From an uncultured delta proteobacterium (GTDB lineage: Bacteria > Myxococcota_A > Polyangia > Palsa-1104), in assembly GCA_963785725.1 (NCBI GenBank), contig CAWAWS010000041.1, positions 1-15,177 of the forward strand: 15,177 nucleotides of DNA. Direction: 5' to 3'. This document shows, piece by piece, positions 7,282 to 14,881 of the stretch. Each line of letters begins with the position of its first letter. The stretch's first letter is position 1. A program made the translations under genes and the position numbers. Under the pieces are notes generated by a model that did no database searches, was not told the origin of the DNA, and worked only from the letters and a program-made list of their open reading frames with translations.

Positions 7282-8028
7282 TCAGCGGCGGCGAAAGAGC
7301 GCGCTCGGTGGCTGTCCGGCGCGCCGGCGCACGTCGCGGATGAAGTGCGACTGATCGTAATAGCCGGCGTCGAGCGCGACGTTCGTCAGCCGCGTCCCCG
7401 GCGTCGCCCGCGCGAGCGCAACGGCACGTTCGAAGCGGCGCAGCGTGGCCCACGCTTTGGGGGTCACGCCGACGCGCGCCAAGAAGCGGCGTTCGAGCTG
7501 GCGCTCGCCGAGACCGAGCGCGCGCGCCACGGCCGCCACGCCGGCGTCGGCGCTGCCGAAGGCCCGGCCGTCGAGCGCGTCGAGCGCGCGCGTCAGCAGC
7601 CGATCCTCGGCGAACGGCAGCTGCAAGAGCAGCGACTGCACGACCGCGACTTGCGCCGCCACGTCGTTCAGCCCGTGCAGCGCGTCGTGTGCGCGGCGCA
7701 CCAGCGCCGGCGGCAGCAGCTCGTCGAGCGCCACGCTCCGCTGCGTCAGCTCCGACACCGGCACGCCCAGCGAGGTCGCGCCTTGCGCCGTGAAGCGCAC
7801 CAAGATCGACGCGGTGGCGCCGACGTAGCCGTATTGGCGCGCGCTGTCTTGGATGCCGGTGACGCCGGCGGTCGACAAGAGCGCGTCGCCGGCGCGCACG
7901 CGGCCGCGCAGCTGCACGCCGAGCACCACGCTCGTCGACGGCAGCACCAGCTGCTCGCCGCGGCTGGTGACGACGTCGATGCCGGCGACGCGGCCCGTCA
8001 GCGCCGGATGCGGCGCGAACGCCGTCAT
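7282..8028 (-). CDS. AraC-family (HTH_18, DUF6597-like N-terminus) transcriptional regulator, 248 aa
   Basis: ATG at 8028 overlaps the VOC stop (ATGA). Begins F.PHPAL; C-terminal VAAVARALGLGERQLERRFLARVGVTPK and ALDAGYYDQSHFIRD. Confidence 0.92.
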   Translation of the reverse strand: MTAFAPHPALTGRVAGIDVVTSRGEQLVLPSTSVVLGVQLRGRVRAGDALLSTAGVTGIQDSARQYGYVGATASILVRFTAQGATSLGVPVSELTQRSVALDELLPPALVRRAHDALHGLNDVAAQVAVVQSLLLQLPFAEDRLLTRALDALDGRAFGSADAGVAAVARALGLGERQLERRFLARVGVTPKAWATLRRFERAVALARATPGTRLTNVALDAGYYDQSHFIRDVRRRAGQPPSALFRRR

Positions 8029-8438
8029 GTCGTCGTCCGCGCGACCGGCGCCTGCAAGCACAACGCATAGCCGTCGGGATCGCGGAGCGCGAGCTGCTTC
8101 ATGCCGTACGGCGCCACGCGCGGCGGCGCGACCTCGCAGCCGAGCGCGCGCAATTCCGCGTAGGCGCCGTCGACGTCGGCGCAGCCGATGTAGAGGATGA
8201 CGTCGCCGTGCGCGGCTTGGCGCGCGCCGTCGCGCTCGGGCGGCCGCTCGCCCACGTCGTAGGCCGTGTTCAGCATGAGCTCGGCGTCGCCGCCGCGCAG
8301 CCGCGCCCAGCCGCAGTCGTCGTCCGCGCCCGATCGCTCGACGACGTTGAAGCCGAGCCGATCGCGATAGAAGCGGAGCGCGGTCGGCATGTCGAACACC
8401 TGCAACAGCGGGCAGACGCCCTGCATCGCGATCGCCAT
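8025..8438 (-). CDS. VOC/glyoxalase/bleomycin-resistance family protein, 137 aa
   Basis: PLLQVFDMPTALRFYRDRLGF...DVDGAYAELRALG...PYGMKQLALRDPDGYAL. A -10-like TAAGCT (8445-8450) lies 6 nt before the ATG. Confidence 0.92.
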   Translation of the reverse strand: MAIAMQGVCPLLQVFDMPTALRFYRDRLGFNVVERSGADDDCGWARLRGGDAELMLNTAYDVGERPPERDGARQAAHGDVILYIGCADVDGAYAELRALGCEVAPPRVAPYGMKQLALRDPDGYALCLQAPVARTTT

Positions 8439-9086
8439 GCACGAAGCTTAGCGCAGGCGCTCGCGCAGGACGCGCACGCACGCCGCCCATGCGCGGCGCC
8501 ATTCGTCGCGCGCCGCCGCGCGCGAGCGGCCAGCCCCTGTGCACGATCGTTACGCGGCGCGCGCCGTAAAAATGCCCGACACGCGCATGCACATGGTCTC
8601 GACTACAGCGTGCGTGCTACGTCGCCAGTGCCGCAAATGTGTGCCTAACGAGGCGCCGCGCATATGACGCAACCCGCATTTACCGTCGCTGAGATCTCAT
8701 CGAGCCTGCCGCGCGCCGATTGCGTGGCGAGGCTCCGCGAACGTTTGAAAATCGGCGTGTCGCTTTGCCCTGGGGAATTTGCTCCCGCTTGTGCAACTTC
8801 GAAAACGCAGCCGCCAGCGCCCGCCGATGCAGCTCTTGCACGCCGCCAAAATGCAATTCCTCGACGGTGCGCTGTCAACTCACAACGCCCGCGAAGTAAG
8901 CGCGTTCACCAACGCACCGTCGCACGCTCCGACAAGCTGCGTTGACACCGTCGACCGCGATCGTCCGCGCGCGACCGATGCGGGCGAGGAGTCCCAGCTG
9001 CGCACAATTGGTCGCGTAGCCGAAGGCCACGGCGCGTTTCTCCGACGAGCACGCGCAAGTGTGTGGGAAGCGCCGATTTCGCCACT

Positions 9087-9102
9087 TGGCGCGCTCGTTG
9101 CT
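9087..9102 (+). promoter_or_regulatory. Sigma54 (-24/-12) promoter of the S53 protease gene
   Basis: TGGCGCGCTCGTTGCT matches TGGCACG-N4-TTGCW with exact spacing. RBS AAGGAG at 9141-9146. Confidence 0.72.
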
Positions 9103-9152
9103 CGGTGAGGCGCCGTTCCATCACAAGTACAAGCTCGCGAAAGGAGCTGCAC

Positions 9153-10922
9153 ATGATGCGAAGAAGGTTCAGCGCCACATCTATTTCCTCGGCGCTGTTT
9201 ATGGCCGTTGGCCTCGTCGGATGCTCGGGCCAGATCGATCCAGGCGAGCGCGATCGCTCGGCGGCCGCGCTCTCGACGGTTCAGCAACAGCCGAGCGCCG
9301 AAGTCTGCAGCGGCGGGCGCTTCCACTGCAAGGCGCGCGTCCGCACCGAAGCGACGACCGGCAAGATTCAGCCGTTCGCCACGGCCTCGGGCTTCGGCCC
9401 GTCGGACCTCGCCAGCGCGTATCAGCTCAACACGTCGCTGAACCCGGGCGCCACCATCGCCGTCGTCGACGCGTACGGTTACGCCGCCGCCGAGAGCGAC
9501 TTGGCCAAGTATCGCAGCAACTACGGCTTGCCGGCCTGCAGCGTAGCCAGCGGCTGCTTGAAGATCGTCAACCAGACCGGCGGCACCTCGCTGCCGGGCG
9601 CGCCGCCCGCAGGCGACGATTGGACGGTCGAGACCGCGCTCGACCTCGACATGGCGTCGGCGGCCTGCCCGAACTGTAAGCTCCTCCTCGTCCAAGCGAC
9701 GGACGACCAGGGCGACGGCCTCTACGTCGCGCAGGCGACCGCGGCCAGCCTCGGCGCCACCGTCATCAGCAACAGCTGGGGCGGCTCGGACTCGAACCCG
9801 AGCGCGTCGGAGTCGTACTTCTCGGGTGCGGCCAAGACGGCCGGCATCTTCGTCGCCTCGGGCGACAACGGCAACACCGGCTCGTCGCCGGACTACCCGA
9901 GCACGTCGGAGTACGTGACGGGCGTCGGCGGCACGAGCCTCGTGAAGTCGACGTCGACGACGCGCGGCTGGACCGAGACGGCGTGGTCGGATGCCGGCAG
10001 CTCCTGCTCGGCGCAGCTCGCCAAGCCCACCTATCAGTCGAGCATCACCACCGGCTGCAGCTTCCGCGCGGCCGCCGACGTCTCGTCGGTCGCCAATCCG
10101 AACACCGGTCTCGCCGTCTACAACGCGGCCAACGGCGGCTTCATCGTGGTCGGTGGCACGTCGGCGGCTTCGCCGTTCGTCGCCGGCGTCTACGCGCTCA
10201 CGGGTCATGGCCTGGCCGGCCCGTCGTTCCCCTACGCCAACACCAAAGACTTCAACGACGTCACCTCGGGCAAGAACGGCAGCTGCGGCGCGCCGCTCTG
10301 CACCTCGGGCTCGGGCTGGGACGGCCCGACGGGCATCGGCACGCCGATCGGTAGCGCGCTGACGGGCACGACGGGCACGGGCGGCGGCGGCGGCACGGGC
10401 GGCGGCGGCGGCGGTGGCACGGCTGGCGGCGGCGGCACGGCCGGCGGCGGTGGCACGGCTGGCGGCGGCGGCACGGCTGGCGGCGGCGGCACGGCCGGCG
10501 GCGGCGGCACGGCTGGCGGCGGCGGCACGGCGGGCGGCGGTGGTTCGGCCGGCGGCGGCGGCATCGGCTCCTGCTCGCACGATCCCTGCGCCACGGGCGC
10601 GGCGCTCACCGACAACTGCGACACCTGCGCGGGCGAAATCTGCGGCAAGGATCCGTACTGCTGCGACACGGCGTGGGATTCGGTTTGCGTCGGCGAAGTG
10701 GCTTCGATCTGCGGTCAGACCTGCGGCGGCGGCGGCGGTGGCGGCGGCGTCAGCAACGGCACCTGCTCGCACGCCATCTGCTCGACGGGCGCCAAGCTCA
10801 AGAGCAGCTGCGTCGCTTGCGTCACCAGCATCTGCAAGTCGGACTCGTACTGCTGCAACACCAAGTGGGACTCGGTTTGCGTGGGCGAAGTGAAGTCGAT
10901 CTGCAACGAGAACTGCAACTAA
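9153..10922 (+). CDS. S53 (sedolisin/kumamolisin-like) serine protease lipoprotein with a Gly-rich linker and two C-terminal 10-Cys repeats, 589 aa
   Basis: RBS AAGGAG then ATG 9153; lipobox LVG-C. Catalytic motifs ETALD (Glu codon 9630), SNSWGG, ASGDNG and GGTSAASP (Ser codon 10161); Ca-site-like GWDGPTGIGTP. Confidence 0.9.
   Translation: MMRRRFSATSISSALFMAVGLVGCSGQIDPGERDRSAAALSTVQQQPSAEVCSGGRFHCKARVRTEATTGKIQPFATASGFGPSDLASAYQLNTSLNPGATIAVVDAYGYAAAESDLAKYRSNYGLPACSVASGCLKIVNQTGGTSLPGAPPAGDDWTVETALDLDMASAACPNCKLLLVQATDDQGDGLYVAQATAASLGATVISNSWGGSDSNPSASESYFSGAAKTAGIFVASGDNGNTGSSPDYPSTSEYVTGVGGTSLVKSTSTTRGWTETAWSDAGSSCSAQLAKPTYQSSITTGCSFRAAADVSSVANPNTGLAVYNAANGGFIVVGGTSAASPFVAGVYALTGHGLAGPSFPYANTKDFNDVTSGKNGSCGAPLCTSGSGWDGPTGIGTPIGSALTGTTGTGGGGGTGGGGGGGTAGGGGTAGGGGTAGGGGTAGGGGTAGGGGTAGGGGTAGGGGSAGGGGIGSCSHDPCATGAALTDNCDTCAGEICGKDPYCCDTAWDSVCVGEVASICGQTCGGGGGGGGVSNGTCSHAICSTGAKLKSSCVACVTSICKSDSYCCNTKWDSVCVGEVKSICNENCN
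10419..10562 (+). repeat. 18-bp tandem repeat, 8 units, encoding (T/S)AGGGG
   Basis: acggcNggcggcggYggc seven times plus a tcggcc variant, inside a longer Gly tract starting near 10380. Confidence 0.9.
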
Positions 10923-10947
10923 CACCTAGTCGCATCGCGTAACAACG

Positions 10948-10987
10948 AACCCCTCGCTCACGTCTCGTGGGCGAGGGGTTTTCTTTT
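10948..10987 (+). terminator. Rho-independent terminator of the S53 gene
   Basis: 15-bp stem aacccctcgctcacg/cgtgggcgaggggtt (one G-U pair), 3-nt loop, followed by TTCTTTT. Confidence 0.85.
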
Positions 10988-11014
10988 GACGGCCGGTCGC
11001 GACGCAGGCACGGT
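10986..11014 (+). promoter_or_regulatory. Putative sigma70 promoter overlapping the terminator U-tract
   Basis: TTGACG (10986-10991), 17 bp, CACGGT (11009-11014), 6 nt, GTG start at 11021. Confidence 0.45.
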
Positions 11015-11020
11015 GACGAC

Positions 11021-11362
11021 GTGGCTCGCTCGTCGTCCGCGCCGGTAACGCTGCTGCAGCTGTTTTGGGGCGCGTCGGCGATCGTCGGGCTCGTCGCGGT
11101 CGGCTGGCCGGCGGCGCACGTGCGCGACGCCGCGACGATGTGGCGCGAGGTCACGCAAACCTGGGGCGCGCGCACGATCGCGCTCGATCTCGTGCTGCTC
11201 GGCGTTCCCGTCGTCACGTTCGCGGTCGTCGAAGCGCGCCGTCTCGGCTGGCGTCGGCCGTGGCTGTGGGCGCTGTTGGCGTTGCCGCTGCCGGGCGCGT
11301 TCTTGATGCCGCTGTTCTTCCTCTTGCGCGAACGCGCGATCGCGCGGCAAACACCGCGATGA
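11021..11362 (+). CDS. DUF2834-like small membrane protein, about 113 aa
   Basis: Hydrophobic helices with ALDLVLL...VVEARRLGWRRPWLW...PLFFLLRE, which is typical of DUF2834. GTG 11021 is preferred because the track's start at 10967 lies inside the terminator. Confidence 0.75.
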   Translation: MARSSSAPVTLLQLFWGASAIVGLVAVGWPAAHVRDAATMWREVTQTWGARTIALDLVLLGVPVVTFAVVEARRLGWRRPWLWALLALPLPGAFLMPLFFLLRERAIARQTPR

Positions 11363-11426
11363 CGGCCGCGTTCGCGTGCTCGGATCACGCTAAGGCCGAC
11401 GGGCGGCGGTGTTAATCTCGGCGGCG

Positions 11427-12689
11427 ATGGCTGCGAAGACCCGGCCGGGCGCGACGTCGCCGGCAATCGCGTGGACGCTCGTCGTGCTCGCCGGCTGCGC
11501 CACGGTTCCACCGCCCGCGCCCGCTGCGCCTGCGCCGATCGCGGCGCCGGTCTGTCCGGTGGTCGCGGCGCCGTGGATTCACGAGCACCTCCCGCGCTCC
11601 GACCTGCATTGCGTGGGACCGCTGTGGCCCGTCGATCACCAGGCGACGCCGTACGAAGAAGACATCGAAGTCGCGGTGCACTACATCTGCAAGCGCTACG
11701 CGGGCCCGGATGGTCTGCCGTTGGTGCCGATGCTCGGCGGCGCGCTCGGCGAGCTCACGCGCATCTATCCGGCGCTGCAGCTGTCGTTCACGCGCGACGG
11801 TCAATTCCTGCTCGCGGCCGGCGATCACGCGACCGAGGTCGGGCCGGCGCCGCGCGAGCCGGTCAAGCTGTTCGTCATGCAGCTGGCGCGCGCCGCCGAC
11901 TTCGCGCGCCGCATGCTGCCGGCCGACGCCATCACCGCGCATGGCAGCCCCGAGCACGTGCTCTTGCAAGGGGCGCTGTCGGCGTTGGCGTGGCGTTCGT
12001 GGTTCGCCGCGTCGCCGGGCGAGTCGTTGGACCCGCCGCGCGTCGCCGAGGAGACCTATCCCGAGCGCGCGAACCTCATGTTCATGGACGCACGGCAGAT
12101 CGCGCACCTGCTCGTCTATGCGCACTCGCCGGGGATGACGGCGGAGTTTCGCCGCTTCTTCGCGCGTCAGCCGGCGCGCGGCGTGGTGCTCGATCTGCGT
12201 GAGTCTTCCGGCGGCCTCCTCGACGAAGCGACGCGGCTGATCGATCTGTTCACGCGCAAGGGCTGTATCGCCACGATGCGACCGGGCGCGCCACGCCCCC
12301 TCGCCGCGACCGACGACGAGGACGATATCGACGCGCCCATCGTCATCCTCGTCGGCCCGAAGACGGCGGAAGGCGCGGAGCTCGTCGCTGCCAGCCTGCG
12401 CGCCCGCGGTCGCGCCATCCTCGTCGGCGGGCGCAGCGAAGGCAAAGGCATCGTCACCGCGGTCTATTCGTTGCCGTCGCGCGCTCGCATCCGCGTCGCC
12501 ACCGCCGAGCTGCTCGACGGCAACGGTCAGCCGTTCGTGGGCGTCGGGTTGACGCCCGACGTCCTCGTTCACGAGGGCGCCGACGAGGATCGCGGCAACC
12601 CATTGGCGATCGAGATCTTGACGCACAGCCAAGGGAATCGGCGCGCCGATTTGCTCGCGGCCGCCGCCAAGCTGCCGACACCGCCGTAA
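11427..12689 (+). CDS. S41 (CtpA/Tsp-like) peptidase-family lipoprotein, apparently lacking the PDZ domain and catalytic Ser, 420 aa
   Basis: Lipobox VLAG-C. S41 motifs VVLDLRESSGGLLDEA, PIVILVGPKTAEGAELVAASLR, ILVGGRSEGKG and GVGLTPDV. Extended -10 TGtTAATCT at 11410-11418. Confidence 0.82.
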   Translation: MAAKTRPGATSPAIAWTLVVLAGCATVPPPAPAAPAPIAAPVCPVVAAPWIHEHLPRSDLHCVGPLWPVDHQATPYEEDIEVAVHYICKRYAGPDGLPLVPMLGGALGELTRIYPALQLSFTRDGQFLLAAGDHATEVGPAPREPVKLFVMQLARAADFARRMLPADAITAHGSPEHVLLQGALSALAWRSWFAASPGESLDPPRVAEETYPERANLMFMDARQIAHLLVYAHSPGMTAEFRRFFARQPARGVVLDLRESSGGLLDEATRLIDLFTRKGCIATMRPGAPRPLAATDDEDDIDAPIVILVGPKTAEGAELVAASLRARGRAILVGGRSEGKGIVTAVYSLPSRARIRVATAELLDGNGQPFVGVGLTPDVLVHEGADEDRGNPLAIEILTHSQGNRRADLLAAAAKLPTPP

Positions 12690-12694
12690 GCGCG

Positions 12695-13378
12695 TCAGCG
12701 AAAGTCGGCGGTGCGGAAGGTGAACAGGTGCTCGACGAGCGACGGCACCGGCTGGCCGCGATTGTTGCGCGCCGGCACGAAGCGGCAGCGGGTGCGCACG
12801 GCGTCGAGCGCGGCTTCGTCGAGCCCGAAGCCGACCGCGCCGGTGACCGTGGCCTGCACGACGTGGCCGTTCTCGTCGAGCGACACGAGCATGCGCACGA
12901 CACCTTCTTTGCCGCTGGCCGGATAGTCGAGATGATCGGTGCAGCTGCCCGGCATGATCCCCGGCGGCTGCGCCCGTCGCTCGCCCGCCGGCGTCGCCGC
13001 GGCGGTCGGCGGAGACGCGGCGGTGTCGCTCGACGTTGGCTCGTCCGGCGCAGCGGCGGGCTCGACCGGTGCGACTTCGGGCTTGGGCGCGCGCGCGAGC
13101 ACGACGCGCGGCGCGTGGTTGCGAGTCGGCGCGCGCGCGAGCGGGCGCGCCGGCGGCGGATCCGGCCGCGGCGCCGGCGCTGGTTGCGGCAGCCCGGCGC
13201 CGGCTGCAGCGGGCGCGTCGACGAGGGTGAACGTGATCGCGCCCGTGCCCGCCGCGCCGGCGCGTGGGCCACGCGCCAAGGCGACGAGCGCGCCGCCATG
13301 CAAGAGCAGCGACAGCCCGAACACGCTCGTCCAGCGCCGTTGCCCGTCGAGCAGCGCTGCCAGCAGACGATGACGCAC
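12695..13378 (-). CDS. tonB: TonB-family energy transducer, 227 aa
   Basis: N-terminal TM with SLLLH (SxxxH), a Pro/Ala-rich spacer, and TonB_C domain YP...EGVVRMLVSLDENGHV...GFGLDEAALDAVR..RFVPA...GQPV. Confidence 0.88.
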   Translation of the reverse strand: MRHRLLAALLDGQRRWTSVFGLSLLLHGGALVALARGPRAGAAGTGAITFTLVDAPAAAGAGLPQPAPAPRPDPPPARPLARAPTRNHAPRVVLARAPKPEVAPVEPAAAPDEPTSSDTAASPPTAAATPAGERRAQPPGIMPGSCTDHLDYPASGKEGVVRMLVSLDENGHVVQATVTGAVGFGLDEAALDAVRTRCRFVPARNNRGQPVPSLVEHLFTFRTADFR

Positions 13379-13390
13379 GATCGGCGTCCG

Positions 13391-14209
13391 CTAGATCCGA
13401 TGCCCCCCGGTCGCCGTCGGCGCCGGCGTCGACGGCGGCAGCGGCCACGCGGGCGGCGCGGCCGGGCGCACCAGCGGCGGCGGCAGGACGCTGCCGACGA
13501 TCGGCGCCGCCAGCGCGCAGCCGTCGGGCCGATTGGGCTCCTCGTAGCTGAGCGTCCCGGTCACTTCACGGTTGCGCGCGGTGATCGTCAGCGCCAACGA
13601 GCGCGGCTGATCCGGCTCCGTGCGATTGTCGCGCCGCAACTTGACGACGCACGCTTCGGCGCCGTTCTCGATGGTGAACGCGTCGCTCCAGCCGGGCGTC
13701 GACGACAAGTCGTAGAGCACGTAGGCGTCGTGACGACGGCCGACGCGAAAACGCACCTCCTTCGGGATGGCGGCGAGCGCGACGCAGCCGCTCGCCTTGC
13801 CTTCGGTGTGCGCCACGTCGAGCGTCCAGGTGCCTTTTTGATCGCATTCGCCGAGCCGCTTCGGCTCCGGCGGCGGCGCCGGTGCCGTCAACAGCGGCTT
13901 GGGACGGGCGCTCGCCAGCTCGCGGTTCGTCTGCACGACGCACATCTCGTTCTCGTCGCCCGAGTCGCAGGCGGCGGCGCATTGGCGATAGATCGGCGGG
14001 CAGACCGCGGCCACCGACGCCCCGTCGGTCGTCATGCACGCGTCGAGCGCCTGGCTGCAGCAATGGGCGCACATCGCCGTCGGTGTCAGCGGGCTCGCGT
14101 CGTGCGCCATCGCGTGGCAGCCGCCGACGAGGCCGGCGAGCGCCACCCACTGCAGCAGCCGTTGCCTCCGTTCGCCCCGCGCGTTCGTGAGCCTCGTCAC
14201 TGGTCGCAT
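13391..14209 (-). CDS. Hypothetical lipoprotein with a Cys/His/Met-rich N-terminal domain, 272 aa
   Basis: GGAGG RBS 5 nt before ATG 14209; lipobox LVGG-C. HAMAHD...MCAHCC...C...C...CAAAC...MC, then a Pro linker and a beta-rich domain. Ends 12 nt before tonB. Confidence 0.75.
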   Translation of the reverse strand: MRPVTRLTNARGERRQRLLQWVALAGLVGGCHAMAHDASPLTPTAMCAHCCSQALDACMTTDGASVAAVCPPIYRQCAAACDSGDENEMCVVQTNRELASARPKPLLTAPAPPPEPKRLGECDQKGTWTLDVAHTEGKASGCVALAAIPKEVRFRVGRRHDAYVLYDLSSTPGWSDAFTIENGAEACVVKLRRDNRTEPDQPRSLALTITARNREVTGTLSYEEPNRPDGCALAAPIVGSVLPPPLVRPAAPPAWPLPPSTPAPTATGGHRI

Positions 14210-14224
14210 CAGTGCCTCCGTTGC

Positions 14225-14298
14225 CAAAGGGCCGTCATGCGACGCGATCGGCTCAGCCGAAAATAATTGAGCCGATCGGCGCGGCTCGCGGCCCTATG
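14225..14298. promoter_or_regulatory. Twin back-to-back promoter-like motifs TGAGCCGATCG-N10-CGGCCCTWTG (candidate ECF sigma promoters)
   Basis: Minus copy 14255-14225 tgagccgatcg-cgtcgcatga-cggccctttg; plus copy 14268-14298 tgagccgatcg-gcgcggctcg-cggccctatg. Both boxes and their spacing are conserved while the spacers differ. Confidence 0.7.
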
Positions 14299-14302
14299 CT
14301 GA

Positions 14303-14881
14303 GTGAGAGTGCGCGCCATCGCCCCAGAAGATGTCGATTTGCCGACGCTGGTGGCGCGCGCGCAGCGGCACGAGCCGGCCGGCGAGGCGGCGCTGTTCGA
14401 GCGTTTCGCGCCCGGTCTGGCCGGCATGCTCGAGCGGCTCTTGGGCTCCTTGGCCGACGCCGAGGACGCGCTGCAGGATACGTTCGTCGTCGCGCTCGGC
14501 GAGATCGATCAGCTGCGCGAGCCGGCGGCGGTCGGCGCCTGGCTGACGCGCATCGCCGTGCATCAGGCGCAGCGGCGCTTTCGGCGGCGGCGGCTCTTGC
14601 GGCTCGTCGGGCTCGATCGCGGCATTCGCGACGCCGGCCTCGACGAGCTGGTGGCGCCGACGACGCCGCCCGACGTGCGTGATACCTTGCGGCAGCTGAG
14701 CCAACACTTGAACGCGTTGCCCGATGCGCTGCGGCTGGCGTGGATGCTGCGCCACGTCGAAGGCGAGTCGCTGCCCGAGGTCGCCCGCGCCTGTGGCTGC
14801 TCGCTGGCGACGGCCAAGCGGCGCATCACGGCAGCCGACCACAAGCTACGCGCGAAATTGGACCTCGGTGACGAGCCATGA
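14303..14881 (+). CDS. ECF-family RNA polymerase sigma-70 factor, about 192 aa
   Basis: Region 2 DAEDALQDTFV...AWLTRIAVH; region 4 LNALPDALRLAWMLRHVEGESLPEVARACGCSLATAKRRI. Confidence 0.93.
   Translation: MRVRAIAPEDVDLPTLVARAQRHEPAGEAALFERFAPGLAGMLERLLGSLADAEDALQDTFVVALGEIDQLREPAAVGAWLTRIAVHQAQRRFRRRRLLRLVGLDRGIRDAGLDELVAPTTPPDVRDTLRQLSQHLNALPDALRLAWMLRHVEGESLPEVARACGCSLATAKRRITAADHKLRAKLDLGDEP

Noticed and set aside
7282..8592. 436-aa extended AraC ORF (apparent fusion)
   Set aside because: The extension is an off-frame reading of the VOC gene; the real start is ATG 8028 at the ATGA overlap.
8645..9108. Small ORFs in the long intergenic region (8645..8878, 8664..8945, 8779..9108)
   Set aside because: They lack the strong GC3 codon bias of neighbouring genes and have no clear RBS or motif; a small protein cannot be completely excluded.
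10380..10562. Tandem repeat as a CRISPR array
   Set aside because: There are no unique spacers; it is an in-frame Gly-rich coding linker with no cas genes nearby.
118..13448. Long Arg/Ala-rich ORFs (e.g. 118..1413, 1410..2645, 4411..5889, 4764..5876, 6548..8068, 8880..10925, 11412..13448)
   Set aside because: These are antisense or alternate-frame shadows of real genes, expected in high-GC DNA; they have no domain motifs and a biased composition.
14055..14075. CAHCC as a c-type heme-binding motif
   Set aside because: Heme c attachment needs CxxCH; here the residue after the second Cys is Cys.
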